Part shown: positions 48,942-62,400 of the stretch, in pieces | Position numbering within the stretch: the first letter of the stretch is position 1 | How the letters are laid out: every line of letters starts with the position of its first letter | Assembly: GCA_004431415.1 (NCBI GenBank) | Contig: QPMI01000106.1 | Coordinates: forward strand, 248,001 to 312,000 | DNA from: Cyanophora paradoxa CCMP329 | Taxonomy: Eukaryota > Plantae > Glaucophyta | Length of the DNA stretch: 64,000 nucleotides | Reading direction: 5' to 3' | Notes under the pieces: generated by a model | Seen by the model: the letters and a program-made list of their open reading frames with translations, nothing else | Database searches by the model: none | What the model was told of the DNA's origin: nothing | Made by a program: the position numbers and the translations under genes

Positions 48942-49985
48942 CTAGCCCGCTGGCACCCCCGCGGCTGCGGCTCCGGCTGGCTGCCGGGGGCGGAGGGCGG
49001 AGCTCGAGGCCTGCTCCTGGCCCGGGGCGCCGGCGGCGCGGCCTTTCGAGGCGCCGGCCTCGCCCGAGCTCCCCGCGAGCTCGTTCTCCTTGTTCGCCTC
49101 CCGAGGGCGGCGGCGGGAGCCGGGGGCGCCCGGCCGGCCGCAGCGCCGGCTCGCGGCCGCGCGCGCTTCGCTGCCGGTGCCTGCGAAGCCTCGATGGGCC
49201 CCCGGGGCGGCCGCCGGCGCGGTTCCCTCCGCGGCCGCCCGCTTCCGCAGAGGCCCACGGCGGCGGCGGGCTGCGCGCGGGCCGCGGGGGGCTCGGCGGG
49301 CCCGGGCGGCGAGCTTCTTGAGGGTCTCGGCCGCGCTGGCGGCATCGGCGGCCGCGCTGGCGGCCTTGGCGGCCTCGCTGGCGGCCTTGGCGGCTTTGGT
49401 GGAGGCGGCGAGCGTGGCGCGCTCCACGGCGCGCGCAGCTCGCTCCTGCTCGGCCTCCGCCTGCGACGCTGTCTGCCGGGGGCCGCGCAGGGCCGCCGCG
49501 CGCACGCCGCACCTTGCGGGCTGCCTTCCACTCGGAAATCTGCAGCGGTTTCAGCGGATCCGGAGGCGCCGGAGGCCCGATAGAGCGGGTCGAGGACAGG
49601 CGGGAGGGCCGGGCCGGGGCGGACCTTGGCAACAATGCCGTCCCGAAGCTGGCGCGCCTGCGGAAGGAGGGGCAAGATTCAAGGGGGCAAGGGAGCCGGC
49701 TTGGCCCCAAGATCTAGATCTAGAGGGGCCGCGGACCGCGCCGACGACTGCGTTGGAGTCGTCGAGCTTGTCGCCCAGCTGCAGCTCTCCGTCGAGGTCG
49801 AAGATTTCCGCGATCTGCCGTCCGGGATCCCCGCGGGCGGCGTCGGCGTGAGGTCACGACACAGCCTGGTGCCCCGCGCGCGGCGTCGCCCATGCGCACT
49901 TCTTCGAGGCTCTTCTCGAGCTCCGCGATTTCGGCGTTGAATGATTCGACCTCCGGATCCGGATCCGCCTGCAATGCCGTCACGA
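48942..49985 (-). CDS. 3' exons of gene V copy 2 (coiled-coil/low-complexity tail)
   Basis: Inverted homologue of 43600-44594 (IFDLDGELQLGDKLDDSNAVVGA, ARQLRDGIVAK, ANKENELAG). Confidence 0.5.
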
Positions 49986-50438
49986 TCGCGAGGCGCCCGC
50001 GGCGACTTCCCGCGGCCGGCGGGCTCTCTCATTCTAATTGTAATGATCGCATACCTCGTGATCGTTCTCGAGCTCAAGCATGGTTTCCTGCCGAGGTACG
50101 ATCGCGAGGGCTCAGAGTTAGAGGCCGCGGCGCGGTCCGGCCCGGAGCCGCCGGGAAAAATTCGATCGCGAAGGGCGGGGCGGCAATGTGCAAGCGGCGC
50201 ACGTCGTTGGCGTGCTTCTGGTTATGTTGCTTTGACGTGTTCACGATCATCTGTGCGCGGGACGAGAAAGCCTAGGGTGAGGTTGCGGATCGGTCAAGAA
50301 ATCAAACACCCGACAGACGAACCTCGCGGGGATCCGGAATCGCTTCGAATTCGCCCGAGGCGGCCGCGGGGATCCGGAGGTCGAACCGCTGCGCACTTAG
50401 AATTAGACGAAGCTGACGGCCGCAGACGAATTTTAAAA

Positions 50439-51653
50439 TTATACAGACGGAGGCACAAACCCCGCGGCCGGCGACGCCTCCGCAGGAGCTCCATAGTCGT
50501 CGCTTCTGCTGGAGCTCCGCAGTCGTCGCCTGCGAACAGCGAGCTGTGAGCCGCGGCCGGGGAGGAGCGGCCGGCGGCGGAGGCGCACGGCCCGAAGGGC
50601 GGGCCCCGGGGGACGCACTATAGCTACGGCAGCGCCGCTGGATGCCGCCGACGAAACGGAGCCCCCTGGGGAGAGGGAAGGGGAGAAGGAGGGGACGGGG
50701 GCGGCGTGGGAGCTCGCGGCTGCCGGCGCCGCGGCTTCGATGCCGGCGGCGGGCACCAGTGGCTCGCCCAGGCCGCCGGGGGGAGGCGGCGAGGCTGAGC
50801 CCGCAGCCGCAGAGACGGCCGCGGGCTGGGCGCTGGATGCTGCCGACGAGGCGGCGGGGGCGACGGAGGGGACTGGGGCGGGGGCGGGGGCGGGGGCGCA
50901 GAAGAAACTCGAGGCGGCTGCAGCTGGCGCCGCGACAACGCCGGAGTCGTGTCCAGCTCCTGGAGGCCATGCAGGGGGCGTGGACGTCCAGAGGGCGCGG
51001 GCAATTCGCCTCCGAAGCTGCTGGCACTGGGCCCCCGTTCCGGTGAACGGGTGGGCTGGGTGGTTGAGGATGGAGCGCTCCTCCCCGTGCATGATGCGCT
51101 CCACGATCGTGCAGACGAAGACGCCGCAGCTGAAGCCGTCTACCTGCTCGGGAATGTCGCGCTTGGGGCGCGCCAGCTCGCAGGTCCACGTCTCCACCTC
51201 CGGGTCAGGCAAATTCTTGAACTTGCAGTGGTCCGACACGAAACGCTTCAGGGTGCGCAGGACTTCTTCCTGTCGCTGGTCGTAGTTGAGGAGGAGGCCG
51301 TCGTAGTGCTGGAACAGCCGCTGTTTCGGGCGGATGACGGCCAGGGTCCAGTGCGTGTTGCCGTGATTCACGACGACAAAGATGCGATCGTACTGGAACA
51401 TGTTCTTCACGTATTTCCAGAACTTCATTATTTTATAGCCGTGAGAAGGCCAATTCAACTGCGAGTAAAAGGTGGTAGGGCAGATGAAGAAATCGAAGCG
51501 ACCGGAGCCGCGACAGGCAAGTTTCAGAAGGCGAAGGTAGACTTCGATGGCCGCGCCGGTGAGCCATTTCTCGTCCAGAACACTGTCGATGTCTCGTTGC
51601 GACACCTGCATTGCGCCGGCGCCCTGAGAGGTCGAGGTGGGCGTCATGATCAT
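50439..51653 (-). CDS. Ulp1/SENP-family (peptidase C48) SUMO protease domain fused to the gene V linker
   Basis: WLTGAAIEVYL, FFICPTTFYSQL, YDRIFVVVNHGNTHWTLAVI (His), QHYDGL (Asp), IPEQVDGFSCGVFV (Gln, Cys); catalytic residues intact and the domain is uninterrupted by introns. Confidence 0.92.
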   Translation of the reverse strand: MIMTPTSTSQGAGAMQVSQRDIDSVLDEKWLTGAAIEVYLRLLKLACRGSGRFDFFICPTTFYSQLNWPSHGYKIMKFWKYVKNMFQYDRIFVVVNHGNTHWTLAVIRPKQRLFQHYDGLLLNYDQRQEEVLRTLKRFVSDHCKFKNLPDPEVETWTCELARPKRDIPEQVDGFSCGVFVCTIVERIMHGEERSILNHPAHPFTGTGAQCQQLRRRIARALWTSTPPAWPPGAGHDSGVVAAPAAAASSFFCAPAPAPAPVPSVAPAASSAASSAQPAAVSAAAGSASPPPPGGLGEPLVPAAGIEAAAPAAASSHAAPVPSFSPSLSPGGSVSSAASSGAAVAIVRPPGPALRAVRLRRRPLLPGRGSQLAVRRRRLRSSSRSDDYGAPAEASPAAGFVPPSV

Positions 51654-52624
51654 GAGGTGGGCGTCATGATCATGATCGTGATCAGGAAGGATATTTAAAA
51701 GGGAAGCTTTATTTCGAGTGCGCCCTCGCCATATGGCCAGTGCCGGTAATTAATATTATAATCAAATTACATAAACACATCTCGCGCGCGGGCTCGCACC
51801 TGGAGAACTTGCGCGTAGCTGGCCATATGCATGGCCGTCGGACGCGGCGGGGCGGGGGCGGGGGCAGCTGCAGCGCCGCGCGCTTCCTCGAGCTCGAGCT
51901 CACAGAGCTTCTCGATATCGATCACAAGCCCGGCGGGGGCCGCCGGCTCAGCGACGGCGGCGGCCTGCATGCGCAGCGCCGCGTCACGCGCTACATATAT
52001 AGCTGGGACGCGATAGAGCTAGACCGCGTCGCGTCAGCGAGGCGGGCGATATATATATGGGCATACCGGAGCAGCGTGCTCAGCCATTATCCGAGCTTTG
52101 ATTGCCAGCGCCTGCAACTGCCGCAGCTGCAGCAGGATCCGGACGCGTCACCGAGGCCCTGCGCAGGCCGACTTCAGATGCAGGGAGCGCGAGCGGGCCG
52201 CAATTGTCGTACCGTTCAACAGCGCTGCATCAGCCCCGGCCCATGCACAGATCTAGATGCACAATCCACCAGTCTCCTAATTGGAATCGATCAAATCATG
52301 ATCGGTACCTCAACAAATACCTAGCAAGCGGCCAGGAACAACGAACGGTACCCGGCGTTCGCTAAGGGATAATTGTAAACAGAAAAGAGCACGCACAGGG
52401 GCTCGGGATCCGCCGCTGGATGTATATCTCGATGCAAACGGCCGCGGCCTGCGCGAAGCAAGCGTCAAGGACGCGCTGTGAAATAAGCTCGTATACAAGG
52501 CGACAAACCTCACGTGCACGTGCACGCCTTGGGTGCGCATACGGGAGAATACGAGTTAACGATGATCATTAGACAGTGCGCTCGCGATGTTATAATCAAA
52601 GCAGACACGCTAGCTATAGCGGCT

Positions 52625-55600
52625 TCCCTTGACGAACCGGTCGTCAGCTCATCAGTTGCGCGTTAGTCGCATGCGCAGGCCGCGGGCGGAACGTCCACAG
52701 TTTCCCGCCCCACCTGCACGTGCACTGGGATCGAATCAGCATCTCGACCGAGGGCCCATGGGCCGGCAATCGATCAAGCGAGGCATGCAAACAGAGATAT
52801 TGAATCAAGGAACATTTGAAAACGCACGCACGCGGGCGCTGGATCCGGTCCGTCGCTGGATCCGGAAGAAGCTTAAGCTTAAGCCCGCTCCGTCCGCGCG
52901 CGGCCGTTTAACGAAGTCTAGGCGCGCGAGACCAGCAGACAGCCTGCGGAAGCCAAACTATTAGCAAGCGCTTCAGAGCACACTCGTTAAGCGCCTCGTG
53001 CGTACGTTCCGCGAGTTCACGCCGAGGCGTGGGCGAACCTGCAGCTGGCGAAGTCGACCTGGAAAAGGAGCAGGCAGACGACCTGAGAAAGCGGTCAGAC
53101 AGCGCTCCGAATTCAAAAAGCGAGGCGCATCTTGCGAACGCACCGCTCCTTGCAGGCGCCGAACAGCGATCGGCTTGCAGAACGCTCTCCCGACGGCCCC
53201 CACTCTCGATGCGCCTCCGAGAAGGTGGAGGATGCGCTCAAGTCGCTCTGCGACCTCGCTGGTCGCCTGCCCGCCCCGCCCGCTAGAAAGTCCGAGCACC
53301 GGCTCCTATACCCCGGGGGGGGGGCGGGAGGGGGGGAGGAGGCCGGAGCGAAGCGAAAGCGGATGCTCCAAGGCGCGCGATCGACGTCGCCATCAAACTC
53401 GAGTGGATATCGATGCGCCGGATCGATGAGCCGGGTGCGGGACGCCGGCAGCGTGCGATAATCGGATGAGCGCGTCAAGTGTTGTCCGAGCTGCCGGCGC
53501 GCACGTGGGACCGGCGCGTTAGACGCGGTGCTTCCCCTCTGCGTGCAATGTTGGTACAGGCGCTCCGCCCGCTCATGTCTCCGATCAAGCTCGCCCGTCG
53601 TACCTGACTGCCCACCGCGCTCTTATCGTGCCGCGCCCTCTCAGCCATCGAAGCTCGCGCGTCTGCGGCTCGGGCTGCTGGACGCGCGCCCCGTCTGCTG
53701 TCCCCCAGCCTCTGCAGCTGGCAGTGACGCCGGTGTCCCCCAGCCTCTGCAGCTGGCAGTGAATTCGGGGCACCTGGCTGAAACCTTTCGTCGACCTGCG
53801 CGGCGAGCGGCGCGCCGGCGGATGCCGCGGCGGTCCAAGCGGCCCGCGCATGCGCAGCGGCCCGCACTCCACGCCCCGCGCCGTCCCTGCGCCTCATGCG
53901 GACCCCGCGCAGCTTGGCCCCACCGTCGGTCAGCCCCGCCGTCCTCGCAACCCTCTCCGATCGGCGCTCCTGCCGTCTCTCCGTGCGGCCCGTCCCCCCG
54001 CCCGACGCGCTCTCGCGCCCCGACGCGGGGCGGCCCCGCAGACGATGAGCAGGGCCCTCGCTACCGGCGCCCCGCCGGCACCGCGAGGGCGCCGTCAAGA
54101 CGCCTCCGCCGCCCGGCGCCCCAGGTGCCCGCGAGGCCGCCCGCCCGCCTCGCCCGCCCGCCCCGCCCCTGCTCCGACGGCGCCGTACACCCCGGCCCTC
54201 CCCTCGTTTTGTCCGAGCCGCGGCGCGCAGGACGTCGAGTGGGGTACGGCTTCAGGCTCGACCGGTTCTTCTACGCCCCCTGCATCGACCCGGGCTCGCA
54301 GGCCCGCCCGCCCCGCCCCTCCGCTCCCCAAGCCCCGCTCGCCCCGCCGCCTCTGAACCTGGGCCCGCCCCCACAGGCGGCGGCGATGATCAAAGTAGCG
54401 CGGCAGACGACGGCGATCTGGGCGGGTGCGGGAATGTCCATCAAGAGCTACCTCGGCCCTAAGCGCGTCGCCGTTGTGGAGAACCTTCCCCCCCCTTTCT
54501 TCCCCCCCCGGTTCTCGCCCTGTACCCCTGCCGTCCGCCCGCTCATCTGGTATCCCAGCGGCACCTGGATCAAGGACTCGCCCATGGCCCAGGGACTTCG
54601 TCGGCGCCCTGCAGGCGAGCCCACCCGGGGGGGGGGGGGTACACGGGCCGGATCTAGGCCCGCGCAGGAGCGGGTCCACGTGACGGAGGTCCTCGAGAAG
54701 AAGGAGAAGGCTCCCCTATATATCCCCGGCTTCGTCCCCCCCCCCCCCCCCCCCCCTCCGGCCTCGCAGGCCGGGTACGACACGGAGGGCTTCGGGTGGG
54801 TGCTGACGCACCCATCGAGGGCGGCTCCCTCCAGGTGACCCCGTACCCCCTTCCCGGCCTGTACCCCCTGCCCCTCCCCCCCTTCCCCAGGCCTAGGTCG
54901 GTTCGCCTCGCGTACTTCCCGACGTAGGCCCATGGACAGTGCACGTGCGGCCCTGTAACCCCTGGCTGGGGCGTACCCCGCCGACCCCTAGCCCCAAGGT
55001 CGATGGTGCTGGTGTGCACTGTGCACGTGCCCGCAGGGTCGACGGTCGCTCCTGCTCGGAGGCTGCTCCCCGGCCTCGGTACCCCCCTCCCCGCCCCCTC
55101 CAGGCCGCCCCGCCATCTGCGCGGCGGCAGCGCGCAGGGGCGCCGCTCCCGCACCAGGCCGCCGGCGGCGCCCTCCCGCGCTTCTGCGCGTGGCGCGCAC
55201 AAGGCGGACACCCCTCTCGTCCCCCCGCCGCCCTCGCCGGCTCCTTCCTGAGGAAGCTGCGCCTGCTGAGGTGCTGCGCCTCGTGCCCGCTGCTGAAGAA
55301 GCTGCGGGCGGTGCTGGGGCGCGTGAAGCGGCCCCGCACGGCTCCTTCCTCTTCCTCAAGCAGGCGCCCCCGCCCCTGGCTTCCGCCCGCCCCTTGAGCT
55401 TTCCCCCTCCGGGCCTGATCGCGACTGGCCGGCAGATGGCGGAGGCGGTGGGGGGCCTGGGGAGCTTGGAGCCCGCCTTTAACGTCGGGCACGTCTGCAC
55501 TGGGGCCCGCTGGGGAGCTTGGAGCGTCTGCCTCTAGCTCGTCGACCAGGCCCGCACCCGCCCGCGCGCCCTCCCCCGCCCGTGCCGCCCGCCCGCGCAG

Positions 55601-56330
55601 CCCGCGCCTTCCTCGACTCGCTCCCCTGGAAACGGCCACACCACCCCTGCCCCCGCTCTGAGGGCCTGCCCCCGTCCGTTCTGAGGGCCGCCCTTCAACC
55701 TGCGCGCAGGCGGTGGCGGGCGGGGCAGGCTTCTACGCCTTTGGTCCGCCCCGCCCCGCCCTGCCCCGCCCCGCCTTCTCCGCTCCGCTGCGGCTGACGC
55801 CTCCGCGCGCGTGCGCGCGTGCAGGCTGGGGCCGTCGAGCAGCTCGAGCTCCGCAGGGTCCGCTCGCGCCGCCCTGACCCCGGGGCGGGGCGGGCCAGGC
55901 GGGGATGGCGGAGCTGGCGGCGGACACAGACGCCGCCTTCCTTTTGCATCGCCGAGGACCGCGTGCCTCTTTCGCCTTCCTCTGCCGCCCGTACCCCCCC
56001 GCCCCGGGCGAGCCCGCGCCCCAACCCGAACCCCCGCCCCGCCCCAGCGCCTTCTATGAGTCGCCCCTGCGCGGCGCGCGCGCCGTCGACGTCCAGAAGC
56101 AGGGTGGGCCCTCCCCCCCCCCCCCCCCCCCCCCCCCCCGCTCTCGGCGGGTGTACAGCTGAGGGGCGGGGCGGGGCAGGTGTTCGGGAAGGCGGGGCGG
56201 CTGGGGCGCTCGGTGCTGGCGGCCTCGTTCGAGTTCCTCGTTGACCGCCGTCCGCCCGCCCGCCCCGCCCTCCACGTCCTCCCAGCCCCGCCCGCCCGAG
56301 CCCGGCGCTGAGGGCCGGAGGGGCTGCCAC
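52625..56330 (+). pseudogene. Gene U copy 2
   Basis: Inverted homologue of about 37260-40540; exons YGFRLDRFFYAPCIDPGSQ, IKVARQTTAIWAGAGMSIKSYLGPK, ERVHVTEVLEKKEK, AGYDTEGFGWVLTH. Confidence 0.5.
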
Positions 56331-56929
56331 CCTCCTCCTCCCCCGCACGCCCCCCCCCCCCCCCCCCCCCCACACACACACGTAGCAGTCCCGACTCGGC
56401 AAACTCGGCTGTCACACGTGCACGTACGTCACCGTATTATAATTAATAATATTAATTTAAAAAACCCTGTAAGCGGCTATAGCTACTGGCGCCGGCCGGG
56501 TTTGAACCCAGGTTCTTCCAGAATCGAACGTCCTGGCCGGCGCCGGCGCCGGCGCCGGCGCAGCGCGTTCCACTAACGCGCCGCAAGCGCGCGGTCGACG
56601 TCCGGCAACAAAGAGAACGTTGCGCCGCGGCCGAACCAGCCCCAAAGCGCGCCGTACGCGTCGGCGAGCTCGAGCGAATTCGAATTCGAATTTCGAACTG
56701 CACGCCCTTGCTCCCGGGCCCGCCCGGAGCCATCCAATGAACAGCAATCCATCCAATTTCGTCGCTGAAACTCGTTGAGCACGCCCCCCAACTCGGTGCT
56801 TCGCGCTTACTGACTTGAATGCGTGCACTGCAGCTGCGGCACGTGCCGCACTGCGGCAGTGCGCCGCGCTGCTCTAGCGCGCGCGGGCCGCCGGGCGTCC
56901 TCTAGCGGCCCGCGCAGCGGCCTGCGCCC

Positions 56930-58600
56930 CTCGCCCCTTGCCATCCCCGAGCCTCATACGCACCGCCCGCAGCTCGTGATCTCTCCGTGCACCTGCGGCC
57001 GGGCCGGGCCCGGCCCGTTCCCCCGCCCGACGCGCTTTCGTCCCCCGACGCGGAGTGGCCCCGCAAACGATGAGCAACCGAGGAGCGCGTTAGGGCCCCG
57101 CAGACGATGAGCGGTTCCTTCGCCGGAGCCCTAGGCCTGCCGCCGGGCCCCCGCTGCCAGCGCCCCGCTGGCTCCCTCTGAAGGGCGCCGTCAAGACGCC
57201 CGGCGGCCCCCGCCCGCCCCGGCACGCGCCCGGCGCTCCAGGCGCCCGCAAGCTTAAGGCCGCCCTGCCCCGCCCCCGCACCTTCTCCGTCGGTGCCGTC
57301 CCCCCCCGGCCCTCCCCTATTTGTGTTCGAGCCGCAGCGCAGGACTTCGTGGAGTACGGCTTCAGGCTCGACCAGCTCTTACGCCCGGCCCCCTGCATGG
57401 ACCCGGACTCGCAGGCCCGCCCGCCCCGCCCCGCCCGCCCCCTTACCTCTGACCCTGGGCCCGCCGCCTCTGACCCTGGGCCGGCCCCCACAGGCGGCGG
57501 AGAAGATCAAGGCGGTCGGGCAGACGAAGACGATCTGGGCGGGAACGGGAATCTCCATCAAGAGCTACCTCGGCCCCAAGCGCACATATACCCCTCCCCC
57601 CCCGCCGCTAGGCTCGCCCTGTACCCCTGCGGCCCGCCCGCTCATCCGGTAACCCCCACCCCACTTTCCCCCGAACGGCCGGCAGGAAGCAGGGGCTCAC
57701 AACTGGCGGTCTCTGTGGGAAGCGTACCCCCGTTCCCGCGGCCCGCGCGCCTGTACCCTCGCGGTGCCCCACGGCCTCGCCCCGCCCGTCCCTCCCTCGC
57801 CTCCACTCAGCGGGGCGGCCAGGCGGAGGCGGGGCTCAGCGGCTGCCGCCCGCAGCTCCAATCCCGCCCGTCCCGTCGCGTGCGGCGACCGGCGGCTCCC
57901 GCCGGCGGCGGTCCCGCCTCGCCTCGCCTGTACGCCCCCGGCCCCGTTGGCCGCCCCGAGGCGCCCGCGGCCCGCCTGCATCCACTGTCCGCCACGCGCA
58001 ACTCAGAGCGCGAGTGCGGTGCGCGGAGCCGGCCGCCGCCCGCCCGCCCGCGCCCCGCCTGCGCCCTGCGGCTCTAACGCGGCGGCAGCTCCCGCGGTCC
58101 CTCGGACAGCTCAGCGCCGGCCGGACCGGCGCGCGCAGCCCCTGGCCTCGGGCGGGGCGGCCCCGGCGCTCCAGGCTCCGCATCGGAAGCTTGGAGCAGG
58201 GGCGGGCGGGCACGGCCCGCACCCTCGCTGCCCTCGAGCTCGTTTCCCCGAGGCCCATCCGGCCTGCTCGCAGCGCTGGCGCGCGCTCGGGCGGTGACGC
58301 GCCGCCCCGCCGCCCCACCGCCCACCGCCCGCCGCCCCGCCGCCCCGCCGCCCCGCCGCCACCGCCCGCCCCTCTAGATCTCGAGAGCTCTGCCGCCGGC
58401 AGCTCGAGCTCCAATTCCGCCCGTGCCGTCGCGTGCTGCGAGCGGCGGCTCCAGATCCGGCGCCGGCCGGCGCCGCGGCGGCGTGGGCCGCGCCCCCTCG
58501 CCCCGCCGCGGCGCCCCGAGGGTGCGGTACCTCGCCCCGCGCCTCCGCTGCCGCGCGCGCCCCGCTCCCCGCGCGCCCTCGAGCATCGATATCCCCCACA
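56930..58600 (+). pseudogene. Gene U copy 3, internally deleted fragments
   Basis: DFVEYGFRLDQL and AAEKIKAVGQTKTIWAGTGISIKSYLGPK exons, then sequence inverse-homologous to about 35990-36740. Confidence 0.5.
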
Positions 58601-59436
58601 GGCTTAAGCTTCGAATTCGACCTCGTACGGGCGGCCGCCGGGCGTGCGGCGCCATCCCCCGCCGGCTGAGATGGCGCCGGTGGACGTATACGTAGGCAGT
58701 AGTACATACGTAGGCAAGGTTTCGCTCTAAAGTAAGGTGCTAGCTATAGGCCTACGTACCGTGGCAGCTAGCGCTAGCGCTATAGTACGCGTGAAAGTGA
58801 TATCTAAGTGCTAGGTTGTCGGGTCCATCAGCTGTCTGTTGCTCTTCGAGTTCTAGATCTATCTAATGCTGGAGCTACCTGTGAATGCAGACGCGCGGAT
58901 CAGTGAAACAAGCGGCCGCACGACTAACGGCTGGCACAAAAAGGTTTTGCTGGTGCTTGCAGAAGCCGAAACTCTACGGCTCTCCATGGCAAGAACTTGC
59001 TGCGAAACGCAAGAAAACTGCACACCCAGAGAAATTCCCAAGAGGCTCTATCTGAAATCAAGCTGCGGTAATGCGGACTGAAAAGGCAGCGACTGAAAAG
59101 GCGGCAACGAGATCATCTGCATGCGAGAAGAAATTCGAAGCGGGCTGAAAAGGGGCTGTACACAGACCAAACAAACACTGAACAAGCAGAAGAGAAGGGG
59201 CATCGACTACATATGCCGCTGCACGCTGGCTTTGTACAAGAATCTGCAGCCTAGAGAGGAGGATAAAACTCTGCAGCCTAAAGAGGAGGAAGTAGTTGAA
59301 ACCGAGCTACAAGAAGTTCACCTACACTTCGAGTTCTGTCCAGCGGGGAGAAGGGAAGCCTAAAAGGAGGAGAGAGGGAAAGCGGAAGGGGAGGGAGAGG
59401 CGGGGGCGCCCGGGGCGGACGAGCAGGACCGAGGAC

Positions 59437-62400
59437 TCAGCGGAATTCGTTGACGGGGCTGCGGAGCAGGGCGAGCGCCGCGCGTGCCGGGGTCGCGGCC
59501 CCCCCGGCCCCCTTGGAGGGGGACGGCGCCGGGCGGCGTGCGGGCGTCGAGGCCGCCGACCCCCCGGCATTCTCGCCCTCGGGCTCCGGCGCCTTGCGCT
59601 TCCGCGCGCTCTCGCGCCCGAGCGCGGCGGCAGCCTCGGCGGCGTCCTTCGCCGCCTGCGGCGAAGCGCGATCAGGCCGGCTGAGGCGCGGCGGCCGCCC
59701 CGGGCGAGGCCCGCCGGGAAGGGGCGAAAGGACCTCGCTTCCGCCCAGCTGCTGCTGCTGCTGGATCTCCGCGCCGCTCACCTGCGCGGCGAGCAGTCAT
59801 AATCAGGCGCGTGAGACTTTCAGAAGTTGGCCGAGAAGAACACGCCTCGACGGCCGCGACGCTGCCCTGGGAAGCGTCGAGCTGCTCCTGCTCCTCCTCG
59901 TCTCCCGCCTCGTCGTCCGGCAGCGCCTCGGAGCGCTCGCTCTCCTTGCCCTTGGCGGCGAGCGCCGCGAGACGCTCCTGGCGGCGGCCGCGATTGGGCC
60001 GCCAGCGCTTAGGGACGTCCGCGAGCTCGCCGTGCTGGGGATTGAACGGGTCGGCTCCCTCCTTCTTGTCCTGCTCCGCATCCTCGGCCGGCGGCAGACA
60101 GTGCTGGCCTGGCGTCAGCGAGAGCGAGGCCGGCGGCACTTGCCGGCAGCGCAGGCGGACCGGCGAGTGGCTCAGGATGGGTGCCGGCGGCGCCCCCTGC
60201 GCTGGCGTTAGGTGTTGGAGGGGAGGAGGAAGGCTGCGCATGCTGACCGGCGCCGAGAAGCTCAAAGAGAGGCTGCTGGGCGAGGGCTGCAGGAAAAGAG
60301 GCCGGCGTGAGCCGGGCGCCAGCCCGGAGGGGGGCGCGGGGCGGCGCACCGTCGCAGGCCCGCACTCAGGGCCGTAGCGGCCTTCGGAAGCGCCGGCGCG
60401 GGGCGGGGACCGATGCGAGAGGATCCCGGCGGGCGACGCGAGGAGAACGTCGCTGCCGGAGATGCTGGCGCTGAGCCCCGCGCACAGGAAGCCCTCGGAC
60501 TTCGCGGGCGATCCGAGAATCACGCTTCCATCCATGCTGAGGCGCCCCAGGCTGCTGCTGGGCCGGGAGGAGGAAGACGCCTCCGCGCCGGGGCCGCTCA
60601 AAGACGCGGCGCCGGCCGCGCTGGCCGCGACGATGCCGTCGCGGCCGAAGTGCTGCGAGTGCACAACGGTGCTCCCGAGACCGCCCAGACCGCCCACGAC
60701 TGGAAAATCTGACGGCGACCGACGGCGTCAGCACTTGGAGGGGAGAAGGGAGGCGGCGGGCGAGGGCGTACTTGGATGCTTTGTTTCCAAGCACGGAGGG
60801 CCGCGATCACGTCCGCGCCTGACTTGCGGGCGAGGTCCGGATCCAGCTGCATGAAGTGGACGATCTGCCGCCCCACGATGAGCCCGCGGAGGGACCCAAG
60901 GGGGACAGGCGCGCGCACGTCCTGCTTGAGCGCGGTCAGCTTGTGCGTGTAACTGTCGAGGAGCTCCTTCGTGGCCGAGTGCTCCTCCTGCGCAGAAGTG
61001 CGATCAGCGCGACCGAAGTGCAGCGGGCTGGGAGGGAGACCTTCTTCCTCTCGTAGTCGGCCGCCGCGAAATCGAGAATGCCGACCGCAACCCGCCGCGC
61101 GGTCTTGCAGTCAGCGAGCATCTTCTCGAGCGCCCCCTTCTCCTCCTGCGGAGCCCCAGTGATCATGAGGCGTCGCCTCGGGAGAATCCAGGGACGGCCC
61201 GCACCGCGTGCCGGGCGCTCGCAGCCTCGAGTTCCTGCTGAAGCGTGCGCGCCTGCGCCTGCACGTCGGCCGCCAGGGTGAGCGCCGACTCCCGCTCCTG
61301 CTCCAGGGTCTGCATGGAAGACTGCAAAGACGCGCGATCAAAAGCCAGGACCCGCATCATTCGAAGTCAACGGGAACGAGTCGCGGGCCGAACCTTGCTA
61401 GCGTCCAGCTTCCGCTCGAATTCGGCGGCACGCGCCTGCGCGGGGGCGAGCTGTCAGACGCGGCAGGCGGCGAAAGCTACGGCCCGCCGCGAGTGAGAGG
61501 CAGGCGCACAGTTGCCACCTCGAGCGACCCTGCGCCAGAGCCCCGGCGGAGCGGTGAGCTAAAGAGGGGCCGCGCGAGGAGAATCCGGGCCGGGCCGCAC
61601 CTGGACGTCGTCCAGCTCCGCCTGGAGCGTCGCGGCCATTACCTGCGCGAGCTGTGAGAGCGGGCGGCCCCCAACACGGGCCGGGCCCGCACCAGCTGCT
61701 CGGCGGCCGCCCGCGCGATGTCCCCATCGGCCGTGGCAAGCTTCGCGCGCAGCGCGCCGAGCTCCTGGTGCTCGCCCGCCGCCGCCGCCGCCTCGCGGGC
61801 GCGCGCCTCCGCGAGCTCCCGTTCCTTGTTTGCGGCGCTGGCCTCGGCGATGCCCTTGGCCTCCTGCCGGGCGGCGAGTTCAAGCGGGCCAAGACCCGCT
61901 CGCGGCGGGGCCTGCGGAAAAACGAAGAACCGGACCTCCATAGCGAGCAGCTTCTGCTTGAGCTCCTCGACTTCGGCCTTGAGCTTCTGCGGAGCGAAGC
62001 AAGATCAGCGGCCCTCCACGGCCAGGGCCTGCCCGGAGGTGGGAGCTGACCTCGCTCTCGAGCAGCTTCTGCAGGAGCTCCGCAGTCGTCGCCTGCGAAC
62101 AGCGAGCTGTGAGCCGCGGCCGGGGAGGAGCGGCCGGCGGCGGAGGGGCACGGCCCGAAGGGCGGGCCCCGGGGGACGCACTACGGCAGCGCCGGCGCTG
62201 GATCCCGCCGACGAAACGGAGCCCCTGGGGAGAGGGAAGGGGAGAAGGAGGGGACGGGGCGGCGGGGGAGCTCGCGGCTGCCGGCGCCGCAACGTCGATG
62301 CCGGCGGCGGGCACGGGTGGCTCGCCCAGGCCGCCGGGGGAGGCGGCGAGGCCGAGCCCGCAGCGGCAGAGACGGCCGCGGGCTGGGTGCTGGATGCCGC

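Larger units (their letters stand above)
43598..49985. repeat. Large inverted repeat: arms 43598-46961 (minus the retro-insertion) and 48137-49985, spacer 46962-48136
   Basis: 46440-46961 is a near-exact reverse complement of 48137-48660; homology continues outward to gtgacggcattgcagg / cctgcaatgccgtcac. Confidence 0.92.
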
